Assembly: GCA_951406725.2 (NCBI GenBank)
Contig: OX597818.1
Coordinates: forward strand, 63,488,001 to 63,552,000
Direction: 5' to 3'
DNA length: 64,000 nucleotides
Source of the DNA: Octopus vulgaris
Taxonomy: Eukaryota
Positions 14,260 to 28,134 of the stretch are shown piece after piece; position 1 is the first letter of the stretch; each line of letters begins with the position of its first letter. The position numbers and the translations under genes were made by a program. The notes under the pieces were generated by a model. The model was given only the letters and a program-made list of their open reading frames with translations, searched no databases and had not been told where the DNA came from.

Positions 14260-14395
14260 CCACGGGCATATGGCATAGTGGGTAAGAGCGCGGGCTACTA
14301 ATCCCAAGGTTCCGAATTCGATTTCAAGCAACTCCAGTGTGTATTTTATTTGCGAGTATTAATTGTAGCAATCTCAAAATAAAGCAGTATATTTC

Positions 14396-14428
<33 letters not shown>

Positions 14429-14908
14429 CAAAACATTTAGAGGAATGACCACTAATAGTGGACAGTCTGTATGCTAGATATAGACGTCAAACTCGCCATT
14501 TACCAGGAAGAATGTGTTCTCCAAAAAAATTCTGCAAAAACCAAAGTTTAAAAGTAAGACAAATGAAAATATACGAAAATAAAAAAAAACAACATTACCT
14601 ACGTACTAATTAGTAACATCTGCAAGATCATCAGCGTAAACTGTGGTTTACGAAATACAATTTCCAGAACTAGATACAGGGCACTCGACCGAAATCGAGC
14701 ATGTATAAAGCCCCACAAATTATATTTATGTGTGTCCTTCAAATGCCTTCACTTTGGCGCGCTGAGATCGGAAATTTCTCTGCAGTTAAAAAAACACAGC
14801 AGTTAATTTACCGGCTAGAGAACATTTTTTTATTTAAAATTAAATAAGGGTAGAAATTGATATTAATCAATTAAAACCAGTGGCCTAGCATATTGTTTTC
14901 AAAATCCG

Positions 14909-14979
<71 letters not shown>

Positions 14980-16210
14980 GAAGAATGAGAGAGAAAGATG
15001 AGCAGAAATGGCGAAATATATAATAGTGTTTGAGATAATTAAGGCATACGACGATGAAATTCGAGGGGGCGATTTCGTGGTATACATCCTCTGATCAACT
15101 AAATCGACTGATTCTTTATTAAAGGGATAATGAATTGGGTGAGACTGGGAGGTAATGTGTTTTCTTCCGGAATAAATATCGCTCCGAACAGTGTTCGACA
15201 CACCTTTGTGCCTAATCAGCAATCGAAGTTTGATGTGAATTGATAAGAAATATGCCACACATAGATGCAAATCGAAACTAAATATATCTCTCAATACGAT
15301 GAATGTTATAAAACGCCTTCCATTATACAAAACTCCACATGAGTCTCGACTGCACGTATAATGTACCGAGGTGGTGAACACCGACAAAGAATATTACTAG
15401 AGAAAGAGATAGATTCCTACAGGCACCATAAATATAGAATGCTGACTCCGCAACATGTCACGAGGAAGGTAAACAAAACACTTAACCACAAAAATAATAC
15501 AGTCACGTTTGCATACGACTCTGTTTAATTTAAGTTCACATCACATCGAAACAATATAGTTGACGTGTATTTGACAGAATACATGGACGGATGTATTTAT
15601 AACAGCAATAAATAAAAAATAAACATTTTATAGAAATAAAACAACTGCATTAACATTGCTGGGAAATGATAGCAAATAAACCGAAAATTCCATGAAATAT
15701 ATGAAAGTAAACGTGAATATCGATATTCTATGCAGCCCAATATGCTTGTGAATTATGGTACTATTCTATAAAAAGAAATACAAGTCCCATCATAAATCAC
15801 GATGTCGCCATTCACATTAACCCATAATACGTAACTGAAAAATACTATCTTCATAAAATTATGAAAACAGAATATAATTTTCATTACTCGGCGAAATAAA
15901 CTGAAAGGATGTTTCGTAACGATGAAAAAACAAAACGGTTGAAATGATTGGAAAATCAATATGAATGAAAAGGAAACTATACTGGAATGGAAACAAAGAC
16001 TTATGTAACTGATGTCAAGAAACGTGTGTGATAGAAGATTCATAGAAAGAATGAAGACGTTTCTTAATATCGATAGATATATATTTATATATAAATTAGA
16101 AAAAACGCCTTTCATCAATTCAGTAATGAAAAATGAAATTGCACCATCTAGAACATTACATATTATATATCATAATAATCCCTCTTATTATAATTTTATT
16201 ATAATTTTAT

Positions 16211-16260
<50 letters not shown>

Positions 16261-16265
<5 letters not shown>

Positions 16266-16531
16266 ATATTTCGGAATGGTCATATTGCCAGTTTAGCCAA
16301 TAAAAACACACGCACTATATATTTGGTGTTATTTTGCTTCAGTGATATTTATTTTTTACATTAATCTTAATCTTATTTCGGCCAAAGTTCTTTCGTCACA
16401 CTCCTGTGACCGCATCAGTGGTCCTTTGTTTTCTTCTCACTTACTTGTGTCTCTCCTTACTAACCGTCAGCCATTTTGTATTTCTATTGTATGTCTTCAT
16501 TTGCGCATATGACCATTCCGAAATATAACAA
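16261..16531 (-). mobile_element. Small element with perfect 25-bp terminal inverted repeats and an internal hammerhead
   Basis: TTGTTATATTTCGGAATGGTCATAT (16261-16285) and its reverse complement (16507-16531). Adjacent to (TA)n. Confidence 0.85.
16380..16423 (-). ncRNA. Minimal hammerhead motif, A9C variant
   Basis: GaCCA-CUGAUGC-G-GUCAC(AGGAGU)GUGAC-GAAAG-AA-CUU-UGGcC. Confidence 0.6.
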
Positions 16532-16588
16532 TATCTGTTTCAACACACGACTTCACATAAAAAATCTTGCACAACAAATATTTAAACG

Positions 16589-16627
<39 letters not shown>

Positions 16628-17281
16628 ATATGTAGTTAATCCAAACATGAAAACACAAAGAGAAAACAACAACGTGAGGACGTGGTACAAATATAGTATA
16701 GAAGCGCAAGGCACATGCGTTGTTATTCATAAGGAAATCGTTATTGAAAGCAATGCACTAACAACTGAAAGTGAATCGCAGTTGAAGCATAGGTAATATG
16801 AAAGGAGTTAGAACTATAAGCTGTATATTAGATTAGAAAGAAGGAAGCCTGATTTTCTTTCAGGGACAATGTTAAGTAGTATTCGTAATTAATATGTACG
16901 TCGTGTAATGAAAATATGTAACCTAACAGCATTGCTTGTAGTAAACGGTGACCTTTATTGCTGCTGAACAACCGATCCCATCCAATCAGGATTGACAGCA
17001 CGGTTTGTATTATTCATCCTTTCGATTACTGAATACAAAACGACGAACGCTAGACTCCCGATAGGGGGATTTGTTTGAGTCAGCATGTTACCCTTATGCA
17101 ACAATTAGGGGCAGGGTTACTCATTACTAGCTGAATAAACATGAGAAACGTAGAGCAAAGTGCTTTTCTCAAGAACACAATGTACAGCTTGCTTGGGAAT
17201 TGAACTCCCGACCTTGCAATCAGGATTGCAAGGTCACTAGGTAATATAGAAAGAAGATAACAGGAGAGTAATATTAATTAC

Positions 17282-17524
17282 ATTTCGCTTTGGGATTTGG
17301 TTTGCAAGATTCTTTATATGAGTTCGTGTGTTGAAGCATATTCTGTTGTGTCTGGGGAGAGTAATTTTCTTTTTGTGTCTTATAATGTAACACTATTGAA
17401 AAGGTTGTAAGACGCCACGAAAATTTTAGGAAAATAAAAATAAGATATAAATGGAAATTTTACCGGTGAGTGTGTTAAATTATATGGCACAAAAAGAAAA
17501 TGACTCTCCTCAGACACAACAAAT
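17282..17524 (+). mobile_element. Fold-back element with hammerhead and candidate 10-bp TSD
   Basis: About 17345-17393 is inverted relative to about 17472-17520. TATTAATTAC occurs at 17272-17281 and 17525-17534. Confidence 0.7.
17393..17429 (+). ncRNA. Minimal hammerhead motif, U3-A8 variant
   Basis: CUA-UUGAAAA-G-GUuGU(AAGAC)GCcAC-GAAAA-UUU-UAG. Confidence 0.5.
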
Positions 17525-18239
17525 TATTAATTACCTAAAACAGAAAACTCACAAAAGATTTCGGCAATAAACTTTGTTTACAATACATATACTTCAATGT
17601 TTTAGTGCATGCTAGAAAACAAGTCTACAAACGACAAGTATGAATTAGCAAACCAGTCTTATTCTAGTTGCATGCTAACATCTGCATAATCAAAATGAAG
17701 GACCATTCAAAAAGTTGGACCATTGGGTGCTTAAATATCAACCAATGAGGTAAAATATGAATGGCAGTACTGGAACAATTTTAATTGGAACCGTTTCTCA
17801 TGGCTCATCTCTAAAGATTGACTCGATATAAGAACATTTTTATTTCTCGTATATATTCTCGTGTTATATGTTGGTAACAAATTAGCCTTTGCTGATATCT
17901 CAGAATCCTGGGTACTTGATCCTTTCCAGTGTAGATATAATATTGTTCTGCGTCAAAGCTTTCATTCTCTTCTTGTGTCATTCATTAACCAGGAAGAGTT
18001 GCAAGCTTCAACGAATGTGTTGTAAGGAATGTGTGAAGGAAAAGAACCGCTCTCAGCGTGGAGGGATAAGAGAAATAGTGCCCACTTTGAAAGCGAGGCT
18101 GCTTTTGTTGAAGATTCAGCGTAAAAAATTAATTACTAAAATAGGGCGAAATGTTCACTCGACACAATATATTCCCAGAAGAAGAAATTGATTAAATAGT
18201 TACACAAATAGTTACATACATACGTAATCCATATATATA

Positions 18240-18711
18240 TCTATATATAAAACTCAACTCGCGTGTCTGTGTGTTTAACTTCCCGGCACATCTCCTCCTA
18301 GCCAACAAATCGTAGAACCACCAAAAATGGGTCACTTAAAGTTTAGGCGAATGAAAATTGAACTGCGCTATTTTTGTTCCGAAATTCATCTCGCAAGTGC
18401 AAAAATCGATAATGTGTTTGTTTAGGCCTTATCTCATGCATTGACTAGTGAACTTTACTCAGTCAGCTGTTTGACGTGAACTGTGTTCACCACGCGTGCA
18501 AGCATGCGTAAAATAAAAAATCAAGATTTAAAAACGAATCGCCGTAAACATTGTAGAAATCCGGCAAAGAAATGCATTTTCGGGATGTAGACTGGAGGGT
18601 TTTTTCGTATTAATCGTTTGGACTTTGTGAACACATACCAATTCTTTTCATTACACTTTTAACGCTTTGAATTAAGTGTGACCATTTTGCAAAGCCGGGC
18701 AATACTGCTAG
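18240..18711 (+). mobile_element. Non-autonomous Helitron-type element
   Basis: Starts a/TCTATATATAAAA and ends GCCGGGCAATACTGCTAG/t. The same end structure is present at 55069-55446. Confidence 0.75.
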
Positions 18712-18720
18712 TATATATAT

Positions 18721-18832
18721 ATTATTCACATTAGCTACAATTGACGGATGTTTGTTGTTAAGAAACAAGATGAGGATATATTCATGTCAATTTAAATTAA
18801 TGTAAACATGTTACATAATTCATTATCTCTCA

Positions 18833-18838
<6 letters not shown>
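18721..18838 (+). mobile_element. Degenerate family A tail with short inverted piece
   Basis: AAACAAGATGAGGA...CATAATTCATTATCTCT is preceded by inverted ACAATTGACGGATGTTTGT. Confidence 0.6.
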
Positions 18839-18867
<29 letters not shown>

Positions 18868-18875
18868 GCACACAC

Positions 18876-19196
<321 letters not shown>

Positions 19197-21362
19197 TATA
19201 TATATATATATATATAGTTATAGATAGATAGATTGATATACATCGATATACATATACAAACACATGGCAAACACACACACCACACACACAGACATACAGG
19301 CACACACATTTATATATAAACACGCACATGCATACAAGTATGTTGGTACATAGTGGAGTGCTTCCCAGTTACTAATAAGTGTAACAATTTCTTTGAATTT
19401 GTTTTCGATACTTAAATTCACTCACGTGGTACCTGTCTGGGAGATGTACAGGAATACATAGGAAAGTAATCTTCTGTATACTATTCATAATGGAATTGAA
19501 AAGAATCAGCTTTAAACTTGTTCCAGTTGTAGGACTGAATGGAATTATAAAATACAGACGTATCTATAATTTTAGAATAAGGTGTTCATAGCTTTACAAG
19601 TGAAACATAAAATCGCAGTTCTCAATGTTTCTGAATGGAACGCTGCTTTTTCAAAGTGGAAAGGTGCGATTTGGCTCACATTCAAGCGAAGGATTATTGA
19701 GTTAAGTTATTTTTCTTCTTTAATCGAAGGAACGATTTTATCGCTCACAGATCCTGAAGTAAAAATAAGTATCAGAACTTGCGATCTCAGGTGATTTAAG
19801 GAAAGAAAATGCGATTTAGATACACCAAGTGACATCACAGAGAAAGCCGTAACGTGGCAACGAAATAAAACGATAACTTTTCGAAATATGTTTCATGCAT
19901 CTGAAGTGAGTACCGTGGTTAAAAAAAAAAAACACCCTTCAAACACAACATGTCTAAATTTACTGTAGCCATTCATTCGCATGTTCACCCTAAAAATTTC
20001 TTATTTCAAAGATGATCACTATTTTCTAGTATTAATGTTAATTAAAAAATGTTCTAAGCAATTCCAATCAATTCACTGAAAGCTTTCATACCAAATAACT
20101 TTCTTAATAATTAGTTTCTCTATTCGCAGCATCTGAATTAACAGAAGTTTTCCATGCATAATGCTATTTTAATCGTATTTTTCTGTTTAAAATATATCTT
20201 CAAAAAGGAGGATTAACTATACCGAAACATATGAATAGTTACCTTTGTACTATTATCATGAAAACAACTAATTACACTACCGAATTTCTATTGTTATTTA
20301 ATTTGTATTACATCCTGTGTGATCTCGTTTACTTTTCCAAGAAAGAAACAAAGAGAATTTAGTTAAGGAACCTTACTCTCAGTACACTTGCAACGAGGCA
20401 CTATCATATTAATTGCGCCCAATCTTCAGTACTCTATATGAGAGAAAAGCGGTTATAGTGTATTAAAACTTATGGAAAACTCAATATTGCATAGAGAACG
20501 CAAAGTTTGTGTTTTGAGAGATTTTTCTGGAAAAAATACTTTCCCTTCAAATGCCATCAAATATGAAAATTAAATTATTTTCATTATTACACAAGAATGA
20601 TGGGAATATAGTCATTTGCAATTTATGCAGACGTGTCACTGCTGCGTGTATTTCCTCGGGGACCTTTGATGTATTATGTTTACACTATGATAACGAAATA
20701 AACAACGGCGGAGAAAATCCATAGAGTTAGACGAACCTTAAATCATTGATGTTATGCGATATTTATTAAGTATATCAATTTTATTCGTTTACTACTTGGG
20801 ATTCATTAGCGGGACTTATCTAAGTTATTTTGTTCCACTAGGGTTTGCAGGACGTTCTCGTCGAGCGCTACATATCTTTCAGGACGATCTTCTAGGCTAT
20901 AGTTTCTGGTTCGGAATATTTGGCTCGGAAAATGTATTACATGTCATAGTTAACTTGAAAATATTAAATTTTATTTCATTGTGGGGGAAACTTTGGTGTA
21001 TGGATACTTACATGCATACACTCACGCATTCTACACACACACATACACACACACACACATACGTATATATGGAGGTATATGTACATTCGTATACACTAGG
21101 AGTCTATGTACGTATGTATATATACATGTATGGGTATCTATGCGTTTTTGTGAGTGGTTGGCTATTTTATATATAGAATTATCGTTTTGATGTCGATTAT
21201 TAGATTAGGTGATTATATGGGATACCAAAATCAAGATATGGCATATCATAAAAAAATGCAATAGCTAACCATTTTACCACTTTAGGAAGACTAGTTGAAA
21301 TTTATGTTCAAAACAAGTATTTCACAGTTAATATCCGGAAATATTATACAGGAAAACGGGTA

Positions 21363-21450
21363 CAGTAATTCCTTGACTATCACGGGTTTTACGTTCCAAA
21401 CACTACCACCCGCGATAGGTGAAAATCATCGAAGTAGAAAAAACACTGTA

Positions 21451-21526
<76 letters not shown>

Positions 21527-21668
21527 TTCTATTTTTATAATTTGTATATATTTTTTAACTTGTATATAAATGAAAAACAACACGATGGAGGGATCGACGT
21601 AAGCTTACATAATAAACCGCAATAGGTGACCAGCGATAGGTGATCCGCGATCAGTGGAGGGATTACTG
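21363..21668. mobile_element. Tigger/pogo-like MITE with internal (TA)n
   Basis: Imperfect TIRs CAGTAATTCCTTGACTATCACGG / CCGCGATCAGTGGAGGGATTACTG. TA at the left flank. Confidence 0.65.
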
Positions 21669-21956
21669 GATTAAAAATGTGGCTGTTGGTCATACATCGC
21701 AAAAATTCTTCATATATATTAAGAACTACCTCATTCATTTACAAGCAGATACATGTGCCTTACCATAACTTTAAACTTGCTGGAAGAAACACCAAGATTC
21801 TTGTATATTCTTTAGTTCTTTGATTCTTTTAATCTGATTCAAAAATGTCGATAGTCAATTTTCTTTGGCTTAAATGGGATTCCGTACTCATATAAGTGAG
21901 ACGTAGAATTTCAAAATTTTAATTGAAATATCTACTTCCATGTGAATACTACGGGT

Positions 21957-22340
21957 CTCCGTTGGTTACGATGATGAGGGTAATAGTTGATCTAGTCAAC
22001 AGAACAGACTGATCGGAAAATTACTTTTAAGTGACCGAGCACTTCACAGACATGTGTATACTGAACCTAGTTCTCGGGGAGATTCGGCGTGACACAGAGT
22101 GTGACAAGGCTGGCACTTTGAAATACAGGTATAACAGAATCAGGAAGAAAGATTGAGACAAAGTTGTGGTGAAAGAGTACAGCAGAGTTCGGCACCGACC
22201 CCTGCCGGAGCGTCGTGGAGCTTTAAGTGTTTTCGCTTAATAGGCACTCACAACTTAATAAGCACTCACTATTTGGGAATAGGAACATCGATCCTTTGGC
22301 TGCGATTCCGTTGCCCTAACCATTGGGCCATTGCGCCTCC
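21957..22340 (-). mobile_element. SINE family C, tail type 2
   Basis: Reverse complement aligns over its length with 30351-30720. Confidence 0.85.
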
Positions 22341-22652
22341 CCTCATTATCAATAAATAACGTCTGATGCATCAAAAATTATTTTGCTGCATTTATATTTT
22401 ATTATTACACAAAGATTCAAAGCAGTTATGTTAGAAAACATATAAAGACACTCCTAGCAATTTCGGACAAAGGGACATAAAATGAATTGATTATGTAGTA
22501 AATATTTTGGTGGCTAAATCAGATCAGCGGACACGGCTAACGTTACAATGGAAGATAGCAAATAAACTCTCTTATTTACACATTGAGAGAGACTTACACT
22601 ATTACACACACACAGTAATAGATATATATATATATATATTCACAGACACATA

Positions 22653-22694
<42 letters not shown>

Positions 22695-22700
22695 CATATA

Positions 22701-22763
<63 letters not shown>

Positions 22764-24257
22764 GTTTCTGCTGAATTAGGTACTTAATTTGATACACCTT
22801 GCTAGTTCGGTATAATCCTCAATATTATTTCAATATTGAATATCAAGACACCATGTAGGGGTAACTGTACCTAATATTTCTGACGAATGTGCAGACATGT
22901 GAACACAGCTAAGTGAAGATATCCGCTCTTGATAAATCAGACGTGTACTTTTTCATATAACGTTATATAACTTTACAATCTATAGTATTTCCGAATTTCA
23001 GATTGCATATTTTCATTAACAATGACGTACAGTTATGACTTATAATTAAAAAAAACAAACAAAAGAACCTGGAAGTCCTAATATTGGTACTACTACTACT
23101 GTACCTGGAAACGTGTCTCACTTCAATGTCGAGATTTCTCGAAGCTTCTTTTATTTTCTTTCTAACTAAATTCTTACACAAAGACCGACACAACTATATT
23201 TACACACACACACATATGTATGAATGTGTACTAGTGAATATATTTTATTCTTTTCTCATTGTGACTTGAATCAAAGAAATGTTATTCGTTTATGACATCT
23301 GTTCATTGTGAAAAATTGTATATGACGCAGCACCTATTTAATAAATCGTATTGTAATATAACTGTTTAATATAATATCATTGCGAACGAACTTTATTGTT
23401 CAGCTGTCTTTATTATCGTCAATGCTAGAATTCATTGCTCAGCTGCATGTGTCTCATTAGTAGCATATGAGTTGTCACCACAACTACGTAGTCTCTTCAA
23501 AGGCTTTGCTCAGCCCAGCCGAAGGCAAAGTGCAGAATCAAATAGGAAAATAGTGTAATGAAGGGAATTTGTTTGAAATTAATCTTTATATCGTGGAAAT
23601 CAAATATTGTGTAGAAAATAAAATGTAACTCTGAAATAATGTTAGTTTATTGAAAACGATTTTTTAGCAATAAATTCTAATGTCGCCCATCTTCGTTAAA
23701 TTATTATTGCATATGTCTGCTTATGAATCGTAAAAGTGAACAGCAAACAAACATCTATTTCTAGGTGATGGTTATTTGATTCAGATAATATTTTATCATA
23801 GTCAATAGTCAATGTTTGGTACTTGTCCTTAAACTTGGCCAGTTTGTCAAAACACCTATGGAAAATTGTTTCCAGTGTATTTTTATAAAATGGGGAAAAA
23901 ATATTACTTTCACACTGAAATAAAACAATCACAAATTGGAATCGGTGTCTATCGCATCAGACGTGAAAGGAAAAGAAATATAGATATATGTCTAAAAAGA
24001 AATCAGCTATGAATACGACTGTAATAATGGATAATCAATAGGATGTAAACACAGGAAGTGGAAGGTAAATGAACCTGACAGCACTAGTATTGGAAGTTCG
24101 TATTGACTGAGACAGCACCGATGGCATAAGTATATTGTTGTTCGAGCGACATCAAACACAAACCCTACACTATATAGAGAAGAAAGAAACACTATGATAC
24201 TAATACTTGAAAGACTATTTACTATAGGTCAATACCTAATATATATATATACATACA

Positions 24258-24311
<54 letters not shown>

Positions 24312-24366
24312 TATTTGTATATATATACATATATATATATATATATTATACATATATATATATGTA

Positions 24367-24490
<124 letters not shown>

Positions 24491-25922
24491 ATACATATAT
24501 ATGTACATATATACGAATATATTGCGTGTATGCTCAACTGAATACCTATTGATTTTGCTTTACCAATATAATGGTTTTACACTGAGTGGATGGCGCTTAT
24601 TGGTGTTATTCGTAGCTATTTTATTGACACAAAATTCACAGAATATGAACGTTAACCGTCATAGATCTTAGGACACATGATTGATGTTTTAACGTTAGTA
24701 TCAGGTCAGGTTGCCTGAAGTAACGTAAGTAATAACTAGTGACTTTAAACAATGGACGTTCTGTGTAGTCGTAAGCCCAGCATAGAAATAAAACAAAACC
24801 TACCAAATTGTGTATCAATAACGTTACTACAGGGAACAGCACTTCTGATAATGTCATTCACTTATCGGAAGGACTGAGAGCAGTTTACTATTTATAATAG
24901 GTTACCAGATGAAATTCACATGCGGCAGGAAAATGATTGGTTCAATACTGAATTACCTCCGGTCAGATGTCCAGTTGCTCACGATTCATCTTATGCTAAA
25001 ACCAATAACAACAACAACTCTGCTTGTATCACATGAGCGGGCACGAAGTGTTATCGGCTGATCATCTTTAAATATCATGATTATCATCATAGTTATAAAT
25101 TATATTTGTAAAAAGAAAGCTCATTGGCTTAAATTTTGTAATATTTTCAAGTTTTTATATACCTATAGTTTTCTAGCATAGAGTATAGAATAAATTATAG
25201 GAATATGTGTTGGTAATTCTCAATGGAAAGCTGTCAATCATGGTCTGAATACAATTTACACTAGTTTCACAGAATATTTACATGTATTCTCAAAGTAGCA
25301 GCGATAAATATCGAAATCCTTTTATTGGATTCAGCGTATTACAAACCATAAACTCTGCTCCATATTATTTGTCTCACACACATAAAAATAACAATATTTT
25401 GTTTTTCTATTCAAACAGCATATGAGACATAGCCATTTTAAACTTGACGTGTCTGCAATTTGAAATATTGCAAATAAAAGAATCACCTATAAGCAAACTT
25501 TGTAGTGATAATTTCTCTAAAATCGGTGCAGAAATTCCAGAGTTTATATATTTCAGCCATAAACCATATCGACATTATTTAGCAATAATAAAGCGTCTCC
25601 AATACTAACATTGCTGAGACAATGATATGAATAATTTACTACTGGGAAACAGTTCACATAAACAGTTCTGTAGTCATGAAATTTGAGATGACATTTCTAG
25701 ACATTATAGAAAAAAAAAAGGAAAATGAGAATTATTTGTAATCTCATAGATTTAGAAATATCTAACATTTCTTAAAACAATACTATGAATGTTGTGTGAA
25801 ACGATATAAACAAAGTTTTTTTTAACTCTCTTGCTACTCAGACACACGCCGATATTTTTATAGTCATATACACATACGTACGCATATATAAACACGCATA
25901 ATATCAAGCACAGAGACACAAA

Positions 25923-25968
<46 letters not shown>

Positions 25969-26003
25969 CTTATATATACACACATATATATACATATATA
26001 TGC

Positions 26004-26045
<42 letters not shown>

Positions 26046-26150
26046 GTGTGTGTGTGTGTGTCTGTGTGTGTATGTATGCATGTATATCTATATCTATATA
26101 TATATATATGTGTGTGTGTGTAAGTGTGTGTGTGTCTGTCTATGTTTATA

Positions 26151-26528
26151 GGTGCAGGCGTGGCTGTGTAGTAAAAATTTCGCATCCCAACCACATGGTT
26201 CCGGGTTCTGTTCACTGCGTGGCATCTTGGGAATATGTTTTCTACTCTAGCCTCGGGCCGACCAATGCCTTTTGAATGGATTTGTTAAATTTAAATTCAA
26301 ATATGTCCGTCGTGTATATATCTATGTGTGTCTTTGGGTCTCTGTATGTCACCCCATCGATACTGGTGTGTTTGCATTCTCGTAAGCTAGCGGTCCGACA
26401 GAAGTAACCGAAAGAATATGTACCAGGTTTAAAAAGGATAAGTGCAAAGTTCGATTTCTTCGACTAAAAGGCGGTGAATCAGCATGACCCCCCGTCATAT
26501 GACTGAAACAAGTAAGAGAATAAAAGAA
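26151..26528 (+). mobile_element. SINE family D
   Basis: GGCGTGGCTGTGTAGTAA...CCGGGTTC head and ...GACTGAAACAAGTAAGAGAATAAAAGA tail. Confidence 0.8.
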
Positions 26529-26629
26529 TATCTGGTCTGTTAGCTGTTCTCGAATGGGCAGAGAAACATAATATGCAGCTAAACTAGAAAAAAAAAACAA
26601 CCTATGTCCACTTCGGTAACGAGACTACA

Positions 26630-27345
26630 TTCCAACAAACATACACTCTTCCCTCGAGCGAAACACTCGTGGCATGCAACACTGCTAGAGACCTGGGTGT
26701 TACTGTTGATAAGAATATAAGCTGGAGTGCTCATATAAAGGGCTAAGTTGACCTGGCTCGTTGGGTGTGGTCCTGAATCTTCAGCACTTTCCGGTCTAGA
26801 GACGACTCTAACATTATTTTACTTTTCTCTACTTTTGCTCTTCTCTTGAATACTGTTGTCCATCCACACTCTACAGAATATTATGAAACTTGAAGCTAAC
26901 CACAGAATAACCACAAAAATTAAACCCCTTAACTCTTGGGATCGACCCAAAAAGCTCAAGCTTTATTCCTCCAACGCCGCCGTGAACGCTATATCATCTG
27001 TATGTTGTGGAAGATATTCCATCAACGTTGCTCAAATGATAAAGGTAACATCTTTAAAATTCATCCGCGGCTTGACACCGTGCCAACTGTCCACTTCAGA
27101 AATCATGTTCCTATCGTATCACAACACTAGAGCTGAGCTTTTTCACGTCAACTGGCCCTGCTCTTTTCATCATGGTGCATTCAAACGATCCCTACACGAT
27201 TACCTCCAACCAATACCAGATAAACAACCCACACTTGGATACGTCTCTGAAAACAATAATTATTTGCTCAAATTGGCTATGTTGTCCAAGAGCTGACTAT
27301 GGATCGTTTCCAGGTCATTAGGCATGGCCTGGGCCAACTTCTATA
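26630..27345 (+). mobile_element. Degenerate CR1/L2-group LINE 3' fragment
   Basis: Peptides RDLGVTVDKNISWSAHI and KLKLYS/LQRRRERYIICMLWKI, with many stops and frameshifts. Confidence 0.8.
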
Positions 27346-27390
27346 GAATCTAATCTAGATAATCTCTCTCAATCTCTCTCTATATATGTA

Positions 27391-27439
<49 letters not shown>

Positions 27440-27647
27440 ATATGTATATATGTATATATGTATGTATATATGTATATATGTATATATGTGTGTGTATGTA
27501 TGTGTATGTCTATATATGTGTGTGTATATATATATGTATGTTTGTATATGTATACATATTTATATTTATATGTATATATATATACATATACATATATACA
27601 TACATACACATGTACACACTTATATTGTGAGATAACTTGGTAGATGG

Positions 27648-27687
<40 letters not shown>

Positions 27688-27718
27688 TTATACACACACA
27701 CACATATATATAGATACA

Positions 27719-27765
<47 letters not shown>

Positions 27766-28093
27766 GCATATATATATAGAGAGAGAGATACCAATTAACG
27801 CAATAAATCTCTCTTTCTCTCTCTCTCTCCATATATAGAGAGATATAGTTAGATAGATAGATAGATAGATAGATAGATATAGTTCTACATACACACTTAC
27901 AAATACCCATACATACAGGCACGCACACACGCGCGACCGCGAACTCACGCGCGCATATATGTGTATATAAATATATATGCAAAAATGTGTGTGTTTTTGT
28001 GAGTGTAAACGGGCTGCGACGTAATGTGTTTGCTTGTTTGTGTATGTGTATGTGTATGTGTGTGTATGTGTATGTGTATGTGTGTATGTGTGT

Positions 28094-28134
<41 letters not shown>

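Noticed and set aside
14264-14330. tRNA gene with ACT anticodon loop
   Set aside because: It has no proper acceptor stem, occurs in several diverged copies and belongs to a repeat family, so it is a SINE head.
22876-22910. CUGACGA plus 4-bp hairpin
   Set aside because: No GAAA box or helices I and III.
24901-25040. Possible exon on either strand
   Set aside because: The minus-strand 39-nt candidate has stops in all frames. The plus-strand frame is short and unrecognisable.
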